A DNA stretch of 64,000 nt from Eubacteriales bacterium (GTDB lineage Bacteria > Bacillota > Clostridia > Oscillospirales > CAG-272). How positions within the stretch are numbered: the first letter of the stretch is position 1; each line of letters starts with the position of its first letter. This document shows, in pieces, positions 39,395 to 47,330 of the stretch. A model generated the notes under the pieces. That model made no database searches. It saw only the letters and a list, made by a program, of their open reading frames with translations, and was not told the origin of the DNA. A program made the translations under genes and the position numbers. Where the stretch lies: positions 20,679 to 84,678 of the forward strand of contig JAZNZB010000090.1 in the NCBI GenBank assembly GCA_045594705.1, read 5' to 3'.

Positions 39395-41746
39395 TTATTT
39401 TATTTGAGAGACATTTTCCAGGAGCATGATGCGTACTGCATGCAAATAATCATCATCATTTGTGTAAGTGATAACGTCAGTTGTTACCATGTTAACTATG
39501 CTATTTGCAGCATCCTCTCCTGCTGATTTCTCAAGCATGTCAAGCAACTGATAGTCCTGAATGCCAAGACGTATATTTTCCAGCCTGAACGAAGAAACGG
39601 GTTCATAAACACCAACCTCTGCACCGCTGTAAAGCAGCACTCCGTCACCGTAAACGCTGGTGATTACAGTAGATGCGAGATTGTTGTAAGGATCGGAAGA
39701 CCAATAGGTAGAGCCCCAATAAAGCACTCCCGTCGAATCGGTCATTTTGCACTGCCAGATTGAAACGACAGGCTCAGTGCCATCACCCGTAGCAAGCCAG
39801 TTTGCATAAGGTTGATTGGGTTCCCAGCAGAAATACAACCAAAGCTCATCGCCTTCTGCAACCTCTGCCTTCATTCTTTCTGCAAATGAGCCGTATTGCT
39901 GATCTTGAAGTTTGGTTGTCAGATATTGCGTACCGCTGATGATAGATTTATCTCTGGGCGTAAATGCAAAGACCTTAGTACACCAGATCTGCGTATACGG
40001 CTTCATAAAAGTGATCTGGTCCGAGCCTTCAATACTGATATTTGTAAAGAACGGGGATATCTGTCTGTAACCGGGATATGTACTTGCAAGACGATCTCCG
40101 TGCGATCTGAGCGCATAAAGCAATTCTGCGTTGGTGGGCTCATCGACATAGTAGAAATATCCCTTGTCCAGCCATTCCTGCTTTTGAGAAAGCATCGCAT
40201 AAGCCCCTGCTTCGTCGCCACCGTTGCTTTCTTTAATGCTGAACGAGGTCACTCTGGGATTATCCAAATACTCGATCACGCGCTCATCCCACAAGGAATA
40301 AGGCAAATTATAGCAAGAGATTCGGTTCTCCAGCATGAAATCATAGTAGATACGGTAGATTTCTTCTGCCGAATAATCATTCATTCCCTTAGCTTCATAC
40401 GAGTTGGCGATGACCCACGGAGACATTTGAACTGCGGTCTTGAGAGCAGTATGCTCCAAGAGCGAGAAGCCGTACACCTTTGTATACACATTGGCAGTTT
40501 TGATACATGCGCCGGTGTCGGCATCATAGATGTTAAGCGTTGCGCCGTAAAGGCCGGCAGCCTGTTCCGATTCCGTCCACACCTTGAGCACAAATCCCTG
40601 AGAATTGTTCTGTGCCACCTCGACACTTCCCTGTACCGGAGGGAGCGCATCGGGCACCCAATCGTTCCCGATCTTGACATAGTGTTCACGAAGCAGCTTT
40701 GTTTTCAGCACGTTACCCTGCCCGTCGGTCATGTCCGTGATTTCAACGCGAATACTACGGTCTGATTCGGTAGGAACAACAAAGAACTGACAATTTTCAA
40801 TGGAATTACCTGCCATATGAATGACATAGGTATTCAAACCGGAGGGCGTGATATGATCCCGGTAGGTCTTTTCGGTCATATGGTCAAACCAGAGCAGAAC
40901 CGAATCATCTTCAGCAGAAGCAGTCAATTTATCATAATTCACACCGTCAACAGCCTCTTCCTTGAGATCAGATCCTTCGCCCGGTCTGGTTGTGTCAATG
41001 TCAAAATTCTGATAAGCTTCCTCTGCGGTCTTGTAAAGATCGATGGACGCAATATACACAGTTTCCCCTCCACCCGAAGGAGCAGTCAAAAAGTCAAAGC
41101 GGAACATATTGATTTTGCCCGACCAATCTGCCTGAGACAAATCAAAAATGACGTATTGCCAATCGGAATTGGTCTGGTCAAATGTCGCAACCTTGCTGTA
41201 TCCTCCAACAGGTCCTGTTATCTTTCCGGCAGCATAAAACAGTTCAAAGCCATCACTTGTTACGTTTTCGGCCTTGATCTTGATTACAACGTACTTGTAA
41301 TCGTTTGCACTTGCGGGAGACATCAAGAATTTTTTCATGTAACTCTTGTAATCCAGCATGATAAACGGGTCGTTTGCACCGTCATTGGTTGTCAGCTTAA
41401 GCACGTAGCCGCACTGCTCATCCTTGACAATTTCATACGTACACTGATTTGCATTGGTCAGCATCTTACTCCAATTGAAGGATTCCTGGCCCGTAAAGGT
41501 AATGCTTGTGGGAGAGTGCGGATCGTTGAACTCATTTGCCACGGTCTGCTCTTCGGTTGTCTGTTCCTGGGTCGTCACGTCCTCGGTTGTCTGTTCTTCG
41601 GTCTGCTCGGGATCGCCCGTTTGCTCTTCGGGTGTTGCTGTGGTTTCATCGCCCCCTGTCGAAGGGACGGTATTGCATGCTGCAAATATGACGCAGCCAA
41701 GCGTAAGCATCGCAAGCGCGATCAGAAACAGTTTTTTCAAGTTCAT
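39395..41746 (-). CDS. Secreted lipoprotein with a DUF4091/GH123-like C-terminal domain
   Basis: Lipobox IFAAC, then a T/E/Q-rich linker. The C-terminal LWLYFCWEPNQPYANW ... GVLYWGSTYW resembles the DUF4091 signature as I recall it. RBS aaaggagg. Confidence 0.55.
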   Translation of the reverse strand: MNLKKLFLIALAMLTLGCVIFAACNTVPSTGGDETTATPEEQTGDPEQTEEQTTEDVTTQEQTTEEQTVANEFNDPHSPTSITFTGQESFNWSKMLTNANQCTYEIVKDEQCGYVLKLTTNDGANDPFIMLDYKSYMKKFLMSPASANDYKYVVIKIKAENVTSDGFELFYAAGKITGPVGGYSKVATFDQTNSDWQYVIFDLSQADWSGKINMFRFDFLTAPSGGGETVYIASIDLYKTAEEAYQNFDIDTTRPGEGSDLKEEAVDGVNYDKLTASAEDDSVLLWFDHMTEKTYRDHITPSGLNTYVIHMAGNSIENCQFFVVPTESDRSIRVEITDMTDGQGNVLKTKLLREHYVKIGNDWVPDALPPVQGSVEVAQNNSQGFVLKVWTESEQAAGLYGATLNIYDADTGACIKTANVYTKVYGFSLLEHTALKTAVQMSPWVIANSYEAKGMNDYSAEEIYRIYYDFMLENRISCYNLPYSLWDERVIEYLDNPRVTSFSIKESNGGDEAGAYAMLSQKQEWLDKGYFYYVDEPTNAELLYALRSHGDRLASTYPGYRQISPFFTNISIEGSDQITFMKPYTQIWCTKVFAFTPRDKSIISGTQYLTTKLQDQQYGSFAERMKAEVAEGDELWLYFCWEPNQPYANWLATGDGTEPVVSIWQCKMTDSTGVLYWGSTYWSSDPYNNLASTVITSVYGDGVLLYSGAEVGVYEPVSSFRLENIRLGIQDYQLLDMLEKSAGEDAANSIVNMVTTDVITYTNDDDYLHAVRIMLLENVSQIK

Positions 41747-41762
41747 GAAAACCTCCTTTGTA

Positions 41763-43208
41763 TTATCCGCGGTTTCTCAACATTTCGTGCTTGATATCCC
41801 AAAGCTTTTGGGACAGGTCTACGTAATACTTATGGGGATTTGTGAATCTGCGCACTTCTTCCCACATGCCGGCAATTTCTTCTTGGCAATGTGCTTTGAT
41901 TTCTTCGATATCGGGCAATTCGTACACTTGTACTCCATCTTTGAAAATGGGAACCATCAGCTCGGTAGCGATATAGTCTGTCATGATCTTGCGTTTCCAA
42001 GTGTACTCGGGATCAAAAATCTCATAAGGCTGTGAGTCGTCGATTACCTCGTCGTGTAAGCAGATCACATCCGCCTCTGCCTTTCCCGTGGTCTTGCCGC
42101 GCAATCTGTAGATCTTTTTGAAATGCGGAGTGGTGATCTTTCCGACATTTTCACTGATCTTGATCTTGGGCTGAATGGAGCCATCCTCTCTTTCCACGGC
42201 GACAAGCTTATATACGCCGCCGAACACGGGAGCTGAGAGTGAGGTGATCAATCTCTCACCAACGCCGAACGCATCCACGCATGCACCCTGACGGATCAGC
42301 TCACGGATGATATACTCATCCAAGGAGTTGGAAACTACGATCTTGCATTCCGTCCATCCTGCAGCATCCAGCATTTCTCTGACCTTTTTGGTCAGGTACG
42401 TAATGTCACCCGAGTCCAGACGAACGCCGCACTTGGTAATACCGAGAGGCTTGAGTACCTCGTTGAACGCGCGAATTGCGTTGGGCACACCGGATTCAAG
42501 CACGTTATAAGTGTCAATCAGCAGCGTTGCATTTTCGGGATAGGTCTGGCAATAGGTCTTGAATGCTGTGTATTCGTTGTCAAACATCTGCACCCAGGAG
42601 TGCGCCATAGTGCCGGTTGCGGGCACGCCGTAGGCGATATCGGAAATGGTGCAGGCAGTGCCGGAGCAGCCGCCGATATATGCAGCACGAGCACCAAGGA
42701 TCGCAGCGTCGCTTCCCTGCGCACGTCTGGAGCCGAATTCGCTGATGGGTCTTCCCTTGGCTGCGCGCGCAAGTCTTGCAGCCTTGGTAGCGATCAGGGA
42801 TTGGTGGTTGATCATCATAAGAATATAGGTCTCAATAAACTGTGCCTCAATCGCCTTTGCACGAACGGTCATCAAGGGCTCGCCCGGGAATACCACAGTG
42901 CCCTCGGGGATTGCCCAGATGTCACCCGTAAACTTGAAATCCTTGAGATATTCAAGAAATTCCTCGGAAAAGCAGTTTCTGCTGCGCAGATAAGCGATGT
43001 CGTCATCGTCAAAATGCAGATTGTTGATGTATTCAACGACCTGCTCAAGGCCTGCTACGATCGCGTAGCCGCCGTTGTCCGGATTGGAACGGTAAAACAC
43101 GTCAAAATACGTGATCTTGTCCTTGAATCCGCATTGGAAATAGCCGTTGCTCATGGTCAACTCATAAAAGTCGCAGAGCATTGTCAAATTTCTGGAGATG
43201 TCTTTCAT
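41763..43208 (-). CDS. pncB: Nicotinate phosphoribosyltransferase
   Basis: 481 aa. The N-terminus LTMLCDFYELTMSNGYF and overall layout are typical of the NAPRTase family. Confidence 0.9.
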   Translation of the reverse strand: MKDISRNLTMLCDFYELTMSNGYFQCGFKDKITYFDVFYRSNPDNGGYAIVAGLEQVVEYINNLHFDDDDIAYLRSRNCFSEEFLEYLKDFKFTGDIWAIPEGTVVFPGEPLMTVRAKAIEAQFIETYILMMINHQSLIATKAARLARAAKGRPISEFGSRRAQGSDAAILGARAAYIGGCSGTACTISDIAYGVPATGTMAHSWVQMFDNEYTAFKTYCQTYPENATLLIDTYNVLESGVPNAIRAFNEVLKPLGITKCGVRLDSGDITYLTKKVREMLDAAGWTECKIVVSNSLDEYIIRELIRQGACVDAFGVGERLITSLSAPVFGGVYKLVAVEREDGSIQPKIKISENVGKITTPHFKKIYRLRGKTTGKAEADVICLHDEVIDDSQPYEIFDPEYTWKRKIMTDYIATELMVPIFKDGVQVYELPDIEEIKAHCQEEIAGMWEEVRRFTNPHKYYVDLSQKLWDIKHEMLRNRG

Positions 43209-43244
43209 AATGTTGCCTTCTTCCTTAAGATATTTATTTACTTT

Positions 43245-43273
43245 ATTATATCAAAGCGAGGCGAAATTGTCAA
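43245..43273 (-). promoter_or_regulatory. SigA-type promoter of pncB
   Basis: Minus strand reads TTGACA (43273-43268), 17 nt, TGa-TATAAT (43250-43245). Confidence 0.7.
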
Positions 43274-43291
43274 TGAAATTTGCTTTAATTG

Positions 43292-43320
43292 TTGCAATTC
43301 TCACGTATACATGCTATAAT
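43292..43320 (+). promoter_or_regulatory. SigA-type promoter of nadE
   Basis: TTGCAA (43292-43297), 17 nt, TGc-TATAAT (43315-43320). Confidence 0.7.
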
Positions 43321-43350
43321 ATACTCAAGAATGTCATTTCGGAGGTTTCT

Positions 43351-45243
43351 ATGAAACACGGATTTGTGAAGGTTGCGGCAGCTGCTCCCGAGATCAGATT
43401 GGCTGACTGCACAAACAATGCGAACGTGCTTGCGCAGACTGCACGCAAGGCTTACGATCAGGACGGCACGCGCGTGCTGGTATTTCCCGAGCTTTGTCTC
43501 TGCGGTGCAACGTGCGGTGACCTGTTTTTTCAAAACACCCTGATCGCGGGTGCAAAAGCAGCGCTTGCTTCTTATCTGGAGCAAACGGCTGATCTTGATA
43601 TGCTCAGCATTGTCGGCTTGCCTATGGTGCTCAACGGCAAGCTGTATAACTGCGCCGCAGTTTGCAACGCAGGCACGCTTTTGGGCGTCGTTCCCGCAAA
43701 ATCACATCATAGCCGCCATTTTGCTGCGCTTGCGGATGACGCCTATGCATTTGATCCCTTTGGCGATGGGATGCAGGTTTGTAACTTTGGCAATAACACC
43801 GTCTTTTCCTGCACCGATCTGCCCGAGCTCAAGATCGGCGTATGCGTTGGTGATGGCGAAATTGAAGGCCTTTGCGCTGCGGGGGCTACCTTGATCTGCC
43901 GCCTTGATGCTTCGCCTGCACTCGTCGGATATGATTCTGCGGCAAGCGCAAAAGCGCAATATATGTCTTGTCATAATCATTGCGCATACCTCTCTTGCAA
44001 TGCAGGCAGAGGCGAATCCACCACCGATGCAGCTTACGGTGCGAATGCCGTTATTGCAGAAAACGGCACTATCCTTACCGAAAGAAAATCCTTTGATTAT
44101 TCCGCCGATTATATCGTTACCGAGATCGACGTTCAGATGCTTTGCGGCGAGCGCTGCAAGGATGCTGCGTTTAGCAACAAGACCGGCAACCGCGAATTTG
44201 CCGAGATCGACTTTTCGCTGACCGCATACGACACAGAATTGACCAGAAGAGTCAACGCGCTTCCCTTTATTCCGACATGTAATTGCGATTATGAGACGAT
44301 TCTGCGCATTCAGGCCGAGGGCTTGCGCGCTCGTATCAAGGCAGCGCATGCCGACACCTTGGTGCTTGGCATTTCGGGCGGTCTTGACTCTACGCTGGCA
44401 CTTTTGGTGGCGGTCGATGCCCTCAGCTCGCTTGGTATACCTGCGAACAAGCTGATCTGCATTACCATGCCCGGATTCGGCACAACAAGCAGAACCAAGA
44501 ACAATGCGACCGTGCTTTGCGAGCAGTTGGGCGTGGATTTCCGCGAGATTCCGATCGGCGAATCGGTTGCTCTGCACTTCAAGGATATCGGACATGATCC
44601 GAGCAATCATAATGTCGTATACGAAAATAGCCAGGCAAGAGAGCGCACGCAGGTGCTCATGGACGTGGCCAACGGCTGCAACGGTCTTGTGGTCGGTACG
44701 GGTGACCTTTCCGAGTCGGTTCTCGGCTGGGCAACCTACAATGGCGACCATATGTCTAATTACAGCGTCAACTGCGGTGTTCCCAAGACGCTCGTTCGCA
44801 GACTTGTAGGCTTTGCCGCCGACCGCTATAAGGCAAACGGACAGACCGCTTTGGCAGACGCGCTTTACGACGTGCTCGGCACGCCTGTCAGCCCCGAGCT
44901 GCTCCCCGCAAACGAAAATGGCAGCATCGCGCAAAAGACCGAGGATCTTGTCGGCCCTTACGAGCTGCATGACTTCTTTATTTACTATGCGCTGCGCTAC
45001 GGCTTCGGCCCTGCCAAGATCTACCGCCTGGCGCAATACGCCTTTGACGGCAGCTACGACGACAGCGAGATCAAAAAGTGGCTCAAGGTCTTCGCACGCC
45101 GCTTGTTTACCCAGCAGTTTAAACGCTCCTGCATGCCCGACGGTCCTGCCGTCAGCGCCATCACCGCATCTCCCCGCGGCGGCCTCTGCATGCCCTCCGA
45201 TGCAGCCTTTGCGCTGTGGATGAGTGAGATTGATGGGATTTGA
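43351..45243 (+). CDS. nadE: Glutamine-dependent NAD+ synthetase (large form)
   Basis: The ATG at 43351 follows ggagg. It has an N-terminal CN-hydrolase-like domain (VFPELCLCG) and a C-terminal PP-loop SGGLDS. Confidence 0.9.
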   Translation: MKHGFVKVAAAAPEIRLADCTNNANVLAQTARKAYDQDGTRVLVFPELCLCGATCGDLFFQNTLIAGAKAALASYLEQTADLDMLSIVGLPMVLNGKLYNCAAVCNAGTLLGVVPAKSHHSRHFAALADDAYAFDPFGDGMQVCNFGNNTVFSCTDLPELKIGVCVGDGEIEGLCAAGATLICRLDASPALVGYDSAASAKAQYMSCHNHCAYLSCNAGRGESTTDAAYGANAVIAENGTILTERKSFDYSADYIVTEIDVQMLCGERCKDAAFSNKTGNREFAEIDFSLTAYDTELTRRVNALPFIPTCNCDYETILRIQAEGLRARIKAAHADTLVLGISGGLDSTLALLVAVDALSSLGIPANKLICITMPGFGTTSRTKNNATVLCEQLGVDFREIPIGESVALHFKDIGHDPSNHNVVYENSQARERTQVLMDVANGCNGLVVGTGDLSESVLGWATYNGDHMSNYSVNCGVPKTLVRRLVGFAADRYKANGQTALADALYDVLGTPVSPELLPANENGSIAQKTEDLVGPYELHDFFIYYALRYGFGPAKIYRLAQYAFDGSYDDSEIKKWLKVFARRLFTQQFKRSCMPDGPAVSAITASPRGGLCMPSDAAFALWMSEIDGI

Positions 45244-45261
45244 TCCTTGTCTGGTGACGCA

Positions 45262-45843
45262 ATGAATTTGATTTTATCATCTTGTGATTTTGGAAATCCG
45301 AATTCCGCAAAGATCATATTCGATAATCTTCCCAAACCGATTTCAGAATGTAAGGTATTATTCTTTCCAAACGATAAAGCCACCCCGGAGAAGATAGAGA
45401 GCGGCAAATACAAGTCTCGTTTAGCAGCATTCGGCTTTCAAAAGAACAACATTTACGTTGCAAACTACTTTCAACCGAAGTCAATCTTCTATATTGACGT
45501 TGACGTGATTTATATCAGTGGCGGCAACACCTTCGGTACTATGAAGCGAATTCGTGAATCCGGATTTGATCAGGTGATCCTGGATCTTGTTCGCAACGGT
45601 GCTACCTATATAGGGGGTAGTGCGGGTGCACACATAGCAACCGCCGATCTCTCTCATGTAACAAAATATGATCAAGACACGTTCGGACTTTCAGACTTTT
45701 CAGGACTGGGACTATATCAAGGCATTTTGATTTGCCATTATTCCGAGGACAGAAGAGAGGATCTGGAGCATCTTCGTTCTTCAGGTGTCTACAACGTGCA
45801 GGCGCTTTCCGACCAGGACTCCATTGTAGTCAAAAATACTTGA
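45262..45843 (+). CDS. Peptidase S51 (dipeptidase E-like) family protein
   Basis: IYISGGNTF and YIGGSAGAHI motifs. Start is uncertain (45247 TTG or 45262 ATG) and the RBS is weak. Confidence 0.7.
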   Translation: MNLILSSCDFGNPNSAKIIFDNLPKPISECKVLFFPNDKATPEKIESGKYKSRLAAFGFQKNNIYVANYFQPKSIFYIDVDVIYISGGNTFGTMKRIRESGFDQVILDLVRNGATYIGGSAGAHIATADLSHVTKYDQDTFGLSDFSGLGLYQGILICHYSEDRREDLEHLRSSGVYNVQALSDQDSIVVKNT

Positions 45844-45888
45844 TCTCAATTTCCGATGTAAAAATTCCCTCTTTTTTCAAAAAACATC

Positions 45889-45917
45889 TTGCAAAACAGA
45901 GTCAAATACTGTATAAT
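45889..45917 (+). promoter_or_regulatory. SigA-type promoter of rhaA
   Basis: TTGCAA (45889-45894), 17 nt, TGTATAAT (TATAAT 45912-45917). Confidence 0.7.
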
Positions 45918-45979
45918 GTATGTTGACTATATATGTTCTCTAAAAATATGTACATATATCAATTCAGGAGGAAACACAA

Positions 45980-47224
45980 ATGAATCAACGCTATGAATCC
46001 GCAAAGCAGATCTACGCTAAGTACGGTGTTGACACCGAGGCTGCGATCTCCAAGCTTTCCGACATTCGCATTTCCATGCACTGCTGGCAGGCAGACGACG
46101 TTCTTGGTTTCGAGAACAACGGCCCTCTGACCGGCGGTATTCAGACTACCGGTAACTATCCCGGCAGAGCAACCGGTCCCGACCAGCTGTTTGCAGACCT
46201 TGAAAAGGCTCTCTCTCTGATCCCCGGTACTCACAAGCTCAACGTTCACGCAAACTACGCAATCTTTGAGGATGGCGAATTTGCTGACAGAGACGCGCTT
46301 GAGCCCAAGCACTTCCAGAAGTGGGTTGACTTCGCTAAGAAGCACGGCATGGGCCTTGACTTCAACCCCACCTACTTCTCTCACCCCAAGGCAAACGGTC
46401 TGACCCTTTCTTCTCCCGACGAGGAGATCAGAAAGTTCTGGGTAAGACACGGTATCTGCTGCATGAAGATCGCTGAGTACTTTGCAAACGAGACCGGCTA
46501 TCCCTGCGTAATCAACTTCTGGACCGGCGACGGCTTCAAGGATATTCCCGCTGACCGTATGGGTCCCCGTATGAGATACGCTCAGTCCCTGGACGAAATC
46601 CTGGCTTGCGGCTACGACAAGACTAAGGTTTACCCCTGCGTTGAGTCCAAGGTATTCGGTATCGGCGTTGAGTCCTACACCGTAGGCTCCGGCGAATTCG
46701 CTCTGTCCTATGCTCTGTCCCGCGGTATCGTTCCGCTGTTCGACAACGGTCACTACCATCCCACCGAGGTCGTTTACGACAAGCTGCCCGCAATGCTCTG
46801 CTTCTCCGAGAAGCTGGCTATGCACATCACCAGACCCATTCGTTGGGACTCTGACCACGTTGTAAACTTCGACGACGACACCAGAGAAATGATGATGGAA
46901 GTCGTTCGTTGCGATGCTCTTGACAGAGTATTCTTGGCTACCGACTACTTCGATGCTTCTATCAACCGTGTAGCTGCTCTGGTTATCGGTATGAGAAGCG
47001 TTCAGAAGGCTCTGCTGTATGCTCTGCTCTCTCCCAACGCTGAGATGAAGGCTCTGCAGGATGCAGGCAACACCACCAAGCTGATGATGCTGCGTGAGGA
47101 AGTCAAGACCCTGCCCTTCGGCGATATCTGGATGGAATTCTGCGAGAGAAACAACGTATGCGGTTGCTCTTGCTGGTTCAAGGAAATCGAAGAATACGAG
47201 GCTGAAGTTCTCTCCAAGAGATAA
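45980..47224 (+). CDS. rhaA: L-rhamnose isomerase
   Basis: 414 aa. The N-terminus YESAKQIYAKYGVDTEAAISKL ... ISMHCWQ is typical RhaA. RBS caggagga. Confidence 0.9.
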   Translation: MNQRYESAKQIYAKYGVDTEAAISKLSDIRISMHCWQADDVLGFENNGPLTGGIQTTGNYPGRATGPDQLFADLEKALSLIPGTHKLNVHANYAIFEDGEFADRDALEPKHFQKWVDFAKKHGMGLDFNPTYFSHPKANGLTLSSPDEEIRKFWVRHGICCMKIAEYFANETGYPCVINFWTGDGFKDIPADRMGPRMRYAQSLDEILACGYDKTKVYPCVESKVFGIGVESYTVGSGEFALSYALSRGIVPLFDNGHYHPTEVVYDKLPAMLCFSEKLAMHITRPIRWDSDHVVNFDDDTREMMMEVVRCDALDRVFLATDYFDASINRVAALVIGMRSVQKALLYALLSPNAEMKALQDAGNTTKLMMLREEVKTLPFGDIWMEFCERNNVCGCSCWFKEIEEYEAEVLSKR

Positions 47225-47238
47225 TCCCTACATAAAAG

Positions 47239-47270
47239 AATGGGCTGTTGCTTAGGCAACAGCCCATTTT
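47239..47270 (+). terminator. Rho-independent terminator after rhaA
   Basis: aatgggctgttgc-ttag-gcaacagcccatttt. Confidence 0.85.
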
Positions 47271-47273
47271 ATA

Positions 47274-47302
47274 TTGACAAAAGCCGTGTGTTTCTGTATA
47301 AT
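47274..47302 (+). promoter_or_regulatory. SigA-type promoter of the 1131-aa lipoprotein gene
   Basis: TTGACA (47274-47279), 17 nt, TGTATAAT (TATAAT 47297-47302). Confidence 0.7.
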
Positions 47303-47330
47303 ATAAGTAACAAATTCTGGAGGTATTGTA

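Noticed and set aside
43198-43350. The N-terminal extension of nadE in the ORF track (a 681-aa version).
   Set aside because: The extension covers both divergent promoters. The ATG at 43351 has a GGAGG RBS and gives a typical NadE N-terminus.
43702-45036. A 444-aa ORF antisense to nadE.
   Set aside because: nadE on the plus strand has clear CN-hydrolase and PP-loop motifs. The antisense translation is Arg/Ala/Gly-rich with no motifs or translation signals.
45929-45959. An ATATATGT / ACATATAT inverted repeat in the rhaA leader, considered as a possible operator.
   Set aside because: It consists purely of AT/TA low-complexity sequence among repeated 'atgt' strings. I cannot distinguish it from compositional noise by eye.
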